Below, in pieces: positions 10,480 through 21,500 of a DNA stretch of 64,000 bases. The notes beneath the pieces were generated by a model that saw only the letters and a list, made by a program, of their open reading frames with translations, did not search any database and was not told the origin of the DNA. The stretch comes from a bacterium (GTDB lineage: Bacteria > Electryoneota > JAOADG01): the NCBI GenBank assembly GCA_963681965.1, contig OY820579.1, positions 3,648,001 through 3,712,000 of the forward strand. Direction: 5' to 3'. Within the stretch, counting starts at the first letter, position 1, and each line of letters starts with the position of its first letter. The translations under genes and the position numbers were made by a program.

Positions 10480-12594
10480 TTACTTCAACAACATGATCTT
10501 CTGCGTCTGGGAATATGTCCCCGCATTCAACCTCACAAAATACGTTCCCGCCGCCAGACTCTTGCCTTCGAAATGGAAGGTGTAATCGCCGGGATCCTGA
10601 TTAAAATTCACCAGCGTCGCGATTTCTTTACCAGTCACATCGAACACCCGCAGATCAACCTTTCCACTCTTCGCAATCGTATACCGAAGTTCAGTCGTCG
10701 CATTGAATGGATTCGGATAATTCGGCTTCAGCGAGAATTTTGTCGGAATGGATTCGCTGGTGCGATCGACCACACCGAGTGCCTGCGAACAGTCGTAGAT
10801 ACCGAATTCCTGACCCGATGAAACGAATGCGTTCCGACCGGACAGTGCGACACCATAGGTATAATCTTGTGTTTTGTAGTAACCGACCAAAACAGGAGTG
10901 GCGGGTCGGCTGATGTTGAAAACCTGCAATCCACTATAATTTGTGATGTAGGCATAATTACCGGATACAGCGACACTGATAGCATAGCTTGAATTGGTGC
11001 TATTTCCAATGATCGCTGGCGATGCCGGATTCGCGATATTGCAAATGATTAATCCTCTTCCATAGCTGGCAACATAAGCGTAATTGCCGACAACAGCCAC
11101 ATCATACGCGGTACTTTGTAATCCATAAGTTACAACCAATGAAGGGGAGGCAGGGTTGCTGATGTTGATTATTTTCAGACCATCAAAATAATCAGCAATA
11201 TAGGCGTAATTACCGGAGATACTGACCCCGCGAAAACTGCTGGAGGCAAATAAACTGACTTGTTGTGGTACGTTGGGAATGGTGATATCGATGATACGCA
11301 ATCCCATTTCGTCATCGACTACGTAGGCATAATTACCGGATACCGCTACTTTGAAGGAATAGCCTCCCGAATTGAGGGATCCGATTTCAGATGGCTCGGT
11401 GGGATCGGAAATATCAATCACCCGTAATCCCGAATCCGCAGCGGCAACGTAGGCATAATTACCTGATAGCGCTACATCCAATGCAGTGTTGGGAAGGTAA
11501 CATGATCCCATCTGCGATATGATTGAAGGATTGGTGATATTGAAAATCCGCAGCCCACCCAATCCATCCGCAAGATAGGCGTAGTCGCCGGACATTGCGC
11601 TCCGATGGGCATAACCTGGGACACAAAATTCTCCCGCATGTGTGGGAGTCGATGGATTGGTAATGTTGAGAATCTGTAAACCGTAATAATAGTCGGCTAC
11701 ATAGGCATAATTGTCGGAGATTGCGATACCACTGACTAAATTAGGTGTATTGTACATTCCTACTTGTGTAGGCACTGCCGGATTGGCAACATTGACGATT
11801 CGTACGATCGAAGAATCTGTTGAAAGATAAACATAGTTACCGGAAATCGTCACACAATCTGAGCGAAATCGAGTTGAAAAGGTTCCAGTTGAAATAGGTC
11901 GGGACGGATTGTTGATATCGAGAATGCGTAATCCGACAGACCCATCTACGGTGTAAGCGTAATTACCCGAAACAACCACTCGATGACATGATGAATTGTA
12001 GACTCCGACTTGGGTCGGTACGGCGGGATTGGCAACATTGAGTATTCTCAAGCTGGTCATATCGGCAACGTATGCTAAGTTGCCGACAACCGTAACATCC
12101 ATTGCATTATCCGGCGTATCGTAGAATCCTGTTAGAACTGGCGATTCCGGATTCGTTATATCGACAATCTGTAATCCCGAATCCGACGCAGCGATATAGG
12201 CATAATGACCGGCAACATCCAATCCTTTGGCAAGGCGTGGAATGAGCAGAGATCCGACTTGAACCGGAGCTGCGGGATTCTCAATGTTGATAATCTTCAA
12301 TCCTGCAAAGCCATCGGCGATATACGCATAGTTTCCCGATACGGCAATGTCTTCGGCACAACCGGGTAAATAGAGATATCCAATTTGTGACGGAGTCGCT
12401 GGATCGGTGATATCGACAATTCGCAGACCGGCGTATCGATCTGCGAGATACGCATAATTACCCTGCACTACCACACTGACCGACGCGGTATGCCAGAACC
12501 GGCTGAGGCAACTAACATTCGAACTATCCTGCGCGAAGGCGAGGGAAGCAATGAAGAACAGGCAAAGCGACAATAACCGGTGTGAGTGTCTCAT
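10480..12594 (-). CDS. Larger LVIVD-repeat protein (about two propellers) with C-terminal sorting domain
   Basis: Same repeat type (about 14 copies) and a nearly identical CTD. Start set at ATG 12594 (MRHSHR), which has AAAGGA upstream. Confidence 0.9.
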   Translation of the reverse strand: MRHSHRLLSLCLFFIASLAFAQDSSNVSCLSRFWHTASVSVVVQGNYAYLADRYAGLRIVDITDPATPSQIGYLYLPGCAEDIAVSGNYAYIADGFAGLKIINIENPAAPVQVGSLLIPRLAKGLDVAGHYAYIAASDSGLQIVDITNPESPVLTGFYDTPDNAMDVTVVGNLAYVADMTSLRILNVANPAVPTQVGVYNSSCHRVVVSGNYAYTVDGSVGLRILDINNPSRPISTGTFSTRFRSDCVTISGNYVYLSTDSSIVRIVNVANPAVPTQVGMYNTPNLVSGIAISDNYAYVADYYYGLQILNITNPSTPTHAGEFCVPGYAHRSAMSGDYAYLADGLGGLRIFNITNPSIISQMGSCYLPNTALDVALSGNYAYVAAADSGLRVIDISDPTEPSEIGSLNSGGYSFKVAVSGNYAYVVDDEMGLRIIDITIPNVPQQVSLFASSSFRGVSISGNYAYIADYFDGLKIINISNPASPSLVVTYGLQSTAYDVAVVGNYAYVASYGRGLIICNIANPASPAIIGNSTNSSYAISVAVSGNYAYITNYSGLQVFNISRPATPVLVGYYKTQDYTYGVALSGRNAFVSSGQEFGIYDCSQALGVVDRTSESIPTKFSLKPNYPNPFNATTELRYTIAKSGKVDLRVFDVTGKEIATLVNFNQDPGDYTFHFEGKSLAAGTYFVRLNAGTYSQTQKIMLLK

Positions 12595-12748
12595 AACCGA
12601 TCCTTTCGGAAGCAAGCAAAGTGCGGGTAAATAGATGTCTCAATAAGGTATCGATGATCAATAATTAGTGCAACACAAAATCAATAAATACGAAAATAAT
12701 TCAAAAAGAGGTCAAGCATTCGCCTAACCTCCGTTTTCTCTTTCTTTT

Positions 12749-13538
12749 GTAGCCGCAGACTTTAGCCTGCGTTCTGGATCCTGTATCCTTTAGTAGGGGC
12801 GACCCTCTGCGGTCACCCGCTCATGTATTCTTCTTTTGTATCATGTATCCTGATCTGTCGTTGCGAACGCGCCGTAAGGTGCATGTGGCAACCTTCTCTT
12901 TTTTATTCTTTTCGGACACAAGAGGAGTCGGAATAAATTCCGACCTCCTTCACGACACAAGGTAGGGGCGGTTCGCGAACCGCCCGTGTCCTTTGATGAT
13001 ACACAAATCGATATCGGATACGGACGGGCGTGGGAGCCCGCCACTACTGCAGGAGACAGGAAAAAAAGATACAAAATTGGGCGTATGCGATACGCCCCTA
13101 CAGAATAACAAAAAGCGAACTAAAGTCCGCAGCTACCAAAAACGCAGGCTTCTGTCTGCATTTTTTTATTCTTTATCCTGAAGTAGGGGGGCATCCCCGC
13201 ATGCCCTCGTTCTTGTATTTTCTCGTCATTTCCCAATCCCCAACACCTACTCCCACAATCCCATTTTTTAGTAGGGGCGGTTCGCGAACCGCCCGTTCTT
13301 GTTTCTATTTTGTCAATCATTTGTAAAATTAAAATGCCCAATCGGTGTTGGGCAGTACTACAAGAAAAGGACACAAGAGGAGTCGGAACAAATTCCGACC
13401 TACTTCAGGACACAGAAGGCGGTCAGAACAAGTTCTGACCTACCGCAATACGATCGTTACCATCTTTACCCATCACCCAACACCTACCACCCAACCCCTA
13501 TCTTTTCCCATCACCCACCACCTACCACCCAACACCCA
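12749..13538. repeat. REP-like hairpin cluster 2 (at least 12 palindromes of several families plus 7-bp C-rich tandem units)
   Basis: Examples: GTAGCCGCAGACTTTAGCCTGCG, GTAGGGGCGGTTCGCGAACCGCCC (x2), GGGCGTATGCGATACGCCCCTAC, GTCGGAACAAATTCCGACCTAC, GTCAGAACAAGTTCTGACCTAC, GCCCAATCGGTGTTGGGCAGTAC, and CCCAACA-CCTACCA-CCCAACC runs. Confidence 0.88.
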
Positions 13539-13542
13539 TTTG

Positions 13543-16500
13543 TTAGAATTCTGTTCCCAGCGAGATATAATGCTCCGGTCCTTTCGTCGTCAGCCAGTCG
13601 GAATTCCACGCCACATCGTACTTCAAAATCGCAAATCCCAACGATGCCCGTGCTCCGAACCCAAACCCGAATTTCATATCCTTTAGTTGCGTCGCACCAC
13701 TCTCGGTTACGATCGCACCGCGGAATCGATCGTTATCCCACGTGCCGCCCGCATCGATGAAACTGGAGCCGCGAATATTTCCGATATACGCCGGTAGTGG
13801 AAATCCCAGCGCCAGCATCCGGATCAGCGGATAGCGGAATTCAGCATTGAACAACCCGTACCGCGTACCGGACACATCGTATAAATCGAGACCGCGCAAC
13901 GGTGTCACCTGTGTACTGAAAAAGACATTGTCGACATCGCGCACGAACTGGGAATTCTTCACGGTACGATTGAGCGAATTCGCTTCGCCACCGATAAAGA
14001 ATCGTTGCGCCGACTTCCCTTCGGATGCACCACCCGACAACCGCAGTGCCACGCCGTAATCGCGATTAATTCGGATGTACCGCCGGTAATCGCCCATCAC
14101 CGTTTTGAAATCCATCCCCCACTTCGTGCCGTTCTTCTTCCCGGTGTTATCTTGAAATGCGGGAGACCAATACGCCTCGATTCGGTAACGTTCTCCCGTC
14201 GCCGGTCCGGCATAGCCCCACACCGAGTTATCTTTTACGAAGGCGATACCGGGCATCAACACGTGTCGGGATGCCAAAGTCACATAGTCATTTTCGTCGA
14301 GGGTAAATCGCGAGCGAATGATATTGATGTAATTCGCCGACAAATTGAATCGCATGTACTTCGTCAAGGGATATTGCGCAACTGCCACAACGCCGTAACT
14401 CCGGTCGCGCGTCCAATTGTAGTTGAAGAAAAAGACATTGTGGAATCCACCAATACCGTAATCGATCCGGTGTGGTAGATAGTAATACATCGCATTGATG
14501 TTGGTGTTCTCGATGTCGTAGTATAAATCGGTGGCAATTTCGATGACATGATTTCCCAGCACATCGGACAGCATGAACTGCCCCATCCCCTGAAATCCCG
14601 CTAGACTGGAATATCCGGCATTTGCAAACAGCAGATCGGGTGAAATCCGTACCTTGTATTTATTCACTGTAAAGACCGTCTGCGTATCGGCAACTACAGT
14701 GTCGATCTTAACCGGCGTCGTGTTGGCTTTTTTCAATTCTTCCTGTTTAAATTTCTTGTATCGCTCGGAACCAGTTCGTAAATCGTCGAACACATAATTC
14801 GATAACGAGACTGGTTGCGGTTCGGAAATCGTATCCGCTACACTCTTTTTCAACGTTGCCGGGTCAACCGGATAGGTTCGATTCATCGCCCGGAACGGAG
14901 TGTCCGGCGGATCTTTCCACTGCGGTTTCGACAACGGTGTCGACATCATGTAGATGTCGTAACCCTGCCGGTAAAATGACGCAAATGCGATCGAGCGCTG
15001 ATTACTGATCGACGGTTGAAAGATCCCGGTCAAGACATTCGTCAACGCTTTGGAGGATTTATCCGGCAGCGCAAATCGATACAAATTGGCGATACCGGTT
15101 CGATTGGAAACATACAGAAATGCCGAATCGCCGGGAATCCAGACCGGACTGCGCGCGACCGCTCCATCGTGCGTCAGCCGCTCGATTTGTTTCGATGCGA
15201 GATCAATCCGGTATATCTCGAAATATTGCAATGGCTCTTTGGAAATTCCCCGCCGAAATCCTATCGCTTTCGTCGCAACACTATCGGCGCGATCCGAGGT
15301 AAATAGCAACGATTTCGAATCGGGCGACCAACTCGGTTCGAAATCGGTATAAACATCGTTGATCAACCGATGAATCACACCATCGGCAATACAAAAATAA
15401 TAAAGATCGCAGACGCCGTCTTTCCAACCTTGAAACGCTATCATCTTGCCGTCAGGCGACCAACAGGGACTAAATACCCCATCCAGATCGAACATAAATT
15501 CATGCTCGACCTTCCCATTGCGCGTGTCGAGTGTATAGATCGCATCTTTACCGTGTGCCTTTGCCCCAAAGGTGATGTAGGTTCCGGTCGGATCCCAACT
15601 AATGCTTGATTGTAGCCAGTGCATCTCTTCGAAATTGCTGTTCCGCTCGCCACTCACCAATCGCGAAATAATTTTACCGTCGTACGCATTCATTAGATAG
15701 ATATCGAAGTAATCCGATCGATCGGAGAGAAATGCAATCCGGTCGCCTTGCGGTGACAGCGATGGTGCGTTATTGACGAAACTCTCCTGCTTTTTGTGAT
15801 CGGTCAACGGCATCGCGAAATCGGTTGGTGCATCCAGTTTCGCGCCGCTCTTCCACTGTTCGTTCTTGACCCATTTGAGCCAGCGTTCCGACAATTCTTT
15901 AGTATCGATACCGAGTGCCGAACGAACACCACGATCGAAATCGCGATATCGCGGTACTCGGTCGATCAATTCGGATACTTTCTCTTTCCCGTATTTCTGC
16001 TCGAGGAACCAGAAAACCGATTGTCCCCCTTTGTAATCGAGATATCCGCCGAATTGATCGATCGACGGCAACCAATCGTTCACCACGGCATCACGCAAGA
16101 ACATGTCAGCTTCGGTGTCCCATCCGAACCGCGCTTGATATTCAGCCAACCCTTCAGTATACCAGAGCGGAATCGGCATTCGACTCACGCCATTGATGAT
16201 GCTCTGGATTCCGTGTCCGTAATATTTCCGCAACATGATCGCGTGCGTCAATTCATGATGCACTACGTGTCGGTATTTTTCCCAATTCCCCTCGTACGGT
16301 ATCACCACCCGCGATTTCAGGAATTCGGTAAAGCCACCCGTCGATTCACCCGGCGATTCGGTCGAGACATTGGTCTCCTGAAATTGATTGTGGGAAACAT
16401 GCGTCAGAATCGAAATCCGGTCGTCTTTATCCAATTCGAACTTCATGTTGGCAGAAAGGAAACGGTAGGCTAATTCGGCGTAATCAGCCGTTGCAACACC

Positions 16501-16689
16501 TAGATTGTAATTGCTGTCGGGAAAGAAGATTTCAAAATGCTTCGTTTTAATCGTCGACCAGTGAGTCGTGCCATACTGCACTTTATTCTGTCCGAATTGC
16601 GCCTGAACAAGTAACGGCAACAACAAACCGACGAACACCGAAATACGTGCAATCGTCCCTAACAGAAATATTTTTCGATTTCTACTCAT
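13543..16689 (-). CDS. Omp85-family outer-membrane protein with N-terminal zinc-peptidase (HExxH) and PD40 beta-propeller domains
   Basis: QFGQNKVQY N-terminus, HHELTH...WYTEGLAEY, repeated WSPDG motifs, a barrel with TPLRG...NAEFRYP...GFGFGAR, and terminal Phe. Start set at ATG 16689. Confidence 0.85.
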   Translation of the reverse strand: MSRNRKIFLLGTIARISVFVGLLLPLLVQAQFGQNKVQYGTTHWSTIKTKHFEIFFPDSNYNLGVATADYAELAYRFLSANMKFELDKDDRISILTHVSHNQFQETNVSTESPGESTGGFTEFLKSRVVIPYEGNWEKYRHVVHHELTHAIMLRKYYGHGIQSIINGVSRMPIPLWYTEGLAEYQARFGWDTEADMFLRDAVVNDWLPSIDQFGGYLDYKGGQSVFWFLEQKYGKEKVSELIDRVPRYRDFDRGVRSALGIDTKELSERWLKWVKNEQWKSGAKLDAPTDFAMPLTDHKKQESFVNNAPSLSPQGDRIAFLSDRSDYFDIYLMNAYDGKIISRLVSGERNSNFEEMHWLQSSISWDPTGTYITFGAKAHGKDAIYTLDTRNGKVEHEFMFDLDGVFSPCWSPDGKMIAFQGWKDGVCDLYYFCIADGVIHRLINDVYTDFEPSWSPDSKSLLFTSDRADSVATKAIGFRRGISKEPLQYFEIYRIDLASKQIERLTHDGAVARSPVWIPGDSAFLYVSNRTGIANLYRFALPDKSSKALTNVLTGIFQPSISNQRSIAFASFYRQGYDIYMMSTPLSKPQWKDPPDTPFRAMNRTYPVDPATLKKSVADTISEPQPVSLSNYVFDDLRTGSERYKKFKQEELKKANTTPVKIDTVVADTQTVFTVNKYKVRISPDLLFANAGYSSLAGFQGMGQFMLSDVLGNHVIEIATDLYYDIENTNINAMYYYLPHRIDYGIGGFHNVFFFNYNWTRDRSYGVVAVAQYPLTKYMRFNLSANYINIIRSRFTLDENDYVTLASRHVLMPGIAFVKDNSVWGYAGPATGERYRIEAYWSPAFQDNTGKKNGTKWGMDFKTVMGDYRRYIRINRDYGVALRLSGGASEGKSAQRFFIGGEANSLNRTVKNSQFVRDVDNVFFSTQVTPLRGLDLYDVSGTRYGLFNAEFRYPLIRMLALGFPLPAYIGNIRGSSFIDAGGTWDNDRFRGAIVTESGATQLKDMKFGFGFGARASLGFAILKYDVAWNSDWLTTKGPEHYISLGTEF

Positions 16690-16773
16690 AGCATTCTCGC
16701 TTGCGTCGTTTCGCTGTTCACTTTCGGTTCTGGATATCCATCCCGAGTTCAAGATACATTCCGATCAATCGAT

Positions 16774-18507
16774 CTAAAACTCCTGAATGATGCGGAATGA
16801 AACCTTGCCATCCAACGGTGAATCGAACCGTCCCCACCCCAAATCGAAACCGATCCGGCTCGATTTCAGTCCGATCAGCATTCCCGCTCCCCATCCCGCC
16901 ACTGTGGTCTGGGTCCGCAGGGAATCCCGCGTTCGTTCCAGAAAACCAATATCTGTAAAGAGATACGCGCGCGACGTCGAAAGAATCAACCACCGAGGCT
17001 CAATGGTTCCGATAGCATACCGCGTGGCATAAAACTCTTTCTCGCGATATCCCCGAACCGTACCGGGACCACCGACAGTAAAAAGATCCGGCAACGGTGG
17101 TGCTGGATCGGTCGACTCCAACTCCCCACCCCGAACGCCGAGCAGCAGTGAATAGTGACGTGCCATCGGAACCGATTGTTCCAGTGTCAGGGTCAATTTC
17201 CGGAGCTCGGCATGCTCCCGTAGGGCGTCACTGCGCTGTTGTTTGCTCCATTCCCAATTCACGCTACCCAGCAATCCCTGATACGGATTTGCCGGTCGAT
17301 CCCGATTGTCGAATGTTGCCGATAGCGAGATTCCGGTTGCGCCAATTTGTGAAAATCCAAGAACTTGCTGTGCAGCACTATCGGCACTGATCTCGCGAAA
17401 GAAACTACCGACTCCGACCGACCAATATTCGTTATACTGCCATACCCCGCGTGCTTCTCCCCGCAACTCGCTGTAGAGTGTATCACGCACCACGATTGCT
17501 CCGCTCAATTCCAGACTCACTGGCACCTGAAACAGCCACGGTTCTAGGTACCGAAACGAAAAATCCTGACTCTTACGGTCGGGACGCGACCAATCCACTG
17601 TGAGACGCCGGAATGAATGGAACAATTGCCCCATCGACAGGTGAATTCGCCCGGTTACAGTCCCTTTTTCCGTACCACGAGCCGGAACATACCCGACCGC
17701 ACCATCGATTTGTGTCGGATATTTGATTCGCCCACTGAATTGCAGCATCGTGACCGGACCCATTTTCACCAATCCGGGATTGCCCAAATCATCGAACCGC
17801 TCCGTTGACAGCAGATAGCGCCGGGCACGTGTTATCCGGTCGGGATTGTACCGTGAAGGAAAATGCAGTCGACTCTCGCGTCGCCACAGTTCCGGTCGAA
17901 TACCTTCACCGCCGGGTACCGACAGATCGTTGATCGTCACGATGTTGCCCTGATTGGGTGTCGCCACCAGATTGATTCGCACTGCCGACGAATCTTCTCG
18001 AATCGATCCGCTATCGATCGTGACCGAGGCAAGAGGATAACCTTTCCGCGCTTTGTTATCGAGCCAATCGTCGACCACCGCTACGATTTGCGCGGCATCG
18101 AATCCGGCATTCTTCGATGTGTCGATTCCGACCCACTCCAGCGTATCGGCAGCCGAGCGAAGCGATTGCAAATTTACCGGCACTGCATGCGACCAATACA
18201 ATCGCAAATCGCCACCGTACTTTTTCGACAACCAGAGTGCCGAATCCAATCTGATTGCGGGAAATCCCGTATGAATCAACCGCTCGACACACGTTGCCAA
18301 CGCTTGCTGCAATCGATTGGAGTCGATATCGTCGCCGATTTGCAGCGGGAAACTACTCTGACGAACACTCTTCGCAATGCGGTCGGCACCATGCCATTCC
18401 ACCTTCAGCAATTCACCGCCGATCGTCGCAGCAGCCGCAGCCGATGCGCTTCCGATAAATAATACCGGGAGTAGAATCAAGAGCAGTGTGTTGCGAAGAT
18501 AATTCAT
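16774..18507 (-). CDS. BamA/TamA-family (POTRA + Omp85 barrel) outer-membrane protein
   Basis: Signal peptide, POTRA-like GYPLASV, YLEPWLF, conserved VGGPGTVRGY, and C-terminal F. Confidence 0.85.
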   Translation of the reverse strand: MNYLRNTLLLILLPVLFIGSASAAAAATIGGELLKVEWHGADRIAKSVRQSSFPLQIGDDIDSNRLQQALATCVERLIHTGFPAIRLDSALWLSKKYGGDLRLYWSHAVPVNLQSLRSAADTLEWVGIDTSKNAGFDAAQIVAVVDDWLDNKARKGYPLASVTIDSGSIREDSSAVRINLVATPNQGNIVTINDLSVPGGEGIRPELWRRESRLHFPSRYNPDRITRARRYLLSTERFDDLGNPGLVKMGPVTMLQFSGRIKYPTQIDGAVGYVPARGTEKGTVTGRIHLSMGQLFHSFRRLTVDWSRPDRKSQDFSFRYLEPWLFQVPVSLELSGAIVVRDTLYSELRGEARGVWQYNEYWSVGVGSFFREISADSAAQQVLGFSQIGATGISLSATFDNRDRPANPYQGLLGSVNWEWSKQQRSDALREHAELRKLTLTLEQSVPMARHYSLLLGVRGGELESTDPAPPLPDLFTVGGPGTVRGYREKEFYATRYAIGTIEPRWLILSTSRAYLFTDIGFLERTRDSLRTQTTVAGWGAGMLIGLKSSRIGFDLGWGRFDSPLDGKVSFRIIQEF

Positions 18508-18522
18508 ATTGTATACTATTTA

Positions 18523-21500
18523 TTAAAAGTACGCCGTCATTTCGGCGCGCCCTTCGTGAATCACCGACGTGGCATTGTCTTTGATGCCTCGATAACTGAT
18601 ACTACCGTTCACATTCGCGCCCAGCCGCATATCGCCGCGAACCGACCAGCGCCAATTGCTGCCGCGTTGTCTGCCCGATGTTAATTCGTAGGGCAATACG
18701 ACCGTGGCATCGGTAATGATCGATCGGAATTCGACATCGGCATATATCCGACCGGAATTCTTCAAGAAATAGGTGTAGCTCGGCAAAGCTCCGAACTCCC
18801 ACCATTTCAAATTGGTGGCACGATCCTTGACATAATTCGCCGTGCCGTCCATCCGCCATTCGTGTTTGAATTTGTAGCGATATCCGATCGATGGCAGCAA
18901 CCGGTAGCTGAGGGCGTCGCGCGATGCGAGTGTCGTTGCGATATAGTTGCGCCATTGCCACTCGCGCTGCGTCTCGCACGAATATGTCACCGGATTGGAA
19001 GTATTCGACCGGAACAGCAGCGACCACAATTCAAACCGCCGATCCTGTCCACCACTCACATACAGATTGTTACGCTCGCGCAACGTATTCCACCGCAATC
19101 GCCAGAGTTGTCGGCGGGGCGTGTCATAGGAGATTTCCTGTCGCAACTCCTGCTTTCCGTATAACGTCGAATCGCCGATGAATTTTCGGAGATCGAGAAA
19201 GATGATCGGTAATGTATGTTCGGTCTTGGTCTGTTCGGCAATTTCAATACGGGTATCGGTCGATATTCCGGGAAGCGGGAATGGTTCGAACCGCTCCCAG
19301 CGCATCCGGTAGCCCACAGTGGCGTTGAGTTCCAGTACCGGTGCATAATCGCCGGATGGTCGCGTGTAGACAACCCATTCGCCATCGGAACTGGGAATAA
19401 ATTGATTCCCGACCCGGATATATTCCCCCTTACCGCGTCCTACCGAATCCGCTACCACCACCAATCGCGAACTACGCGTCTTGTTCAGCGAATAACTCCA
19501 TTCGCCCGACTGCGAATTCGCTTGATCGTGCGCGGTACCGGTCGACTTGATCAGATCGACGATCACCGACGAGGCGGAATCCGCGGAGGCTTGATAGTAC
19601 CGAGTCTCATTGTGATTCCATTCGGTATTCGTCTCGAACAAATTCGATGATGCCGTATGCACAAATTGCGAACCAAAGGCGCGAAGCGATGGCTTCATTT
19701 TGTCTGTCAAGCGCGTCCAATCGTTCCGCCAAGTCGATTGCAACGAGATCGCATGGATCCCAATTCGTTCGATTACAAAATCTGCCTGATGCGTATACTT
19801 CCGGTAACCGGTTTTCATTGACTGCAAAGCATTCACTTCGCGGTCTTCGTAATGCGTGGTATAGGCAGGATGGAAGATCCCGAATTTCCACGCTTGACGA
19901 TGATTGAGGAAAAGCAGTCGATCGCTCGATTGTAAGTCGCTGTTATCGACATCGATCCGATCGAAGCTGGTAGTCGTCGCAACCAGTGGTATCATGTAGG
20001 TGATGCCGGATCCAAATCGCGTCGACTTCGAACCGTCGCTGCGCACCTGATCGCCGACATCCGATTGTACACGCAGTGCGCGGATCGGATTGATTCCGAG
20101 ATTCGCTTCTCGGGTAATCTCACCGACCGTACCCATCGTATCGGTCGAACCCCAGCGCCGATACTCGTCGATTGCTGTGGTTCGTTCCAGTGCCCGGAAA
20201 TTCGACTCGATTTCCCGATAGCTAGTACCCAGCGACCAGCGCGAATAGCCGTTCTCTGCCGGTTGCACGTAGCTGGCATCCCAGATGATCGCACCGCCTT
20301 TCCGCTCGACATTGCGGGAAGACAATTGATTCGGATTGAAATTCGAATACGCTGACTCCATCGACAATGTCATACCGTCGATTGGTTTCAATTTTGATCG
20401 TACACCGATTAAATCGTGTTGTTCCGGCAGTGGTACCCGAATTCGTGGCAGATAATTTCCCCGACCTTTACCAACGAAGACATAAATCGTTCGTGCTGCC
20501 GTGACACTGAAATCCTGATTGTAATCGCCGGCACCGGGAAACCGCGAGAAGACTACTTGCCAGTAACCACTCGATGTTCCCCCAACAGTTGCCGGTTCGA
20601 CAAACACAAAGATCGAATCGTTGCTGAAGACATCGAAGATTTTATTGTAATCGCTCTTGCCGGTACTATCGTATTTCGCTCCCTCGAATTCCGCCGCATT
20701 CGGGTCGTCACCCGCTCTCGAAAGCGCACCACGCGCATCGTTATCGAGTGAAAAACTGACGGGATTCGAGGTATTGTCCGCTTCGTGGAAATAGTCGACG
20801 CCGATATCGAAGATTTTTCCCGGTGTGCGTCCACCGGCGTGGGTCGCGACGATACCGCGATTGTAATTTCCGGGAATCGTTTCATATTCGACAATCAATC
20901 TGGAGTCGTCGTGGATCGGTCGTTTCGGAGTGAATTTCAATTCGCCGGTAGAATAATCGACGGTATAGTCTTCGGTTTCGCCACGCGTCAATTGCGAACC
21001 ATCGAGATACACTTTTTCCGATCCCGGTACGACCGGAACATTCAAATTGTTCGCTTCATCCGATAGGATATACGGTCCCTGATTTCCTTCACTCGGTTGC
21101 AAGATGATCGTGCGAAACTTCGCGCGGGTGATCGCACCGCTCGCCTGCACATCCCAGCGCGGTTGACGCCACTGAAAATCCGCCCCTTGCACTTGCCGGG
21201 TGGTGGTGGCAAATCGATTCCCTTTACCGAATTCAAGTCCGTAATCCCCCATCGTGACTGTTGCCGAAGGGGATTTCGCTTGAATATAAATCTTGTCAAA
21301 TTCGCGCAGTGTTTTCGTATTCCCTTCGGGGGGAATATCGTTGCTCTGATCCGACAACGCCGCATGAATTTCTACATCCTGCGATATTTTCCCGTCGATC
21401 TGCAATCGCAATGCCGATTCAATTCCGACATCCTGACCCGTTCCAACCGTCACTGCGCGTAAGAGACTTCCCGATCGACTTAACTTCGCATCGGCGTTCT

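Noticed and set aside
9007-12594. Diversity-generating retroelement template/variable repeat pair
   Set aside because: Both similar segments are coding C-termini, the mismatches are not confined to adenines, and there is no reverse transcriptase in the window.
12841-13760. Short ORFs in the REP cluster (also those at 8695-9127, 26880-27307, 33025-33483 and 52684-53100)
   Set aside because: They are translations of palindromic repeats and low-complexity linkers with no protein-like features.
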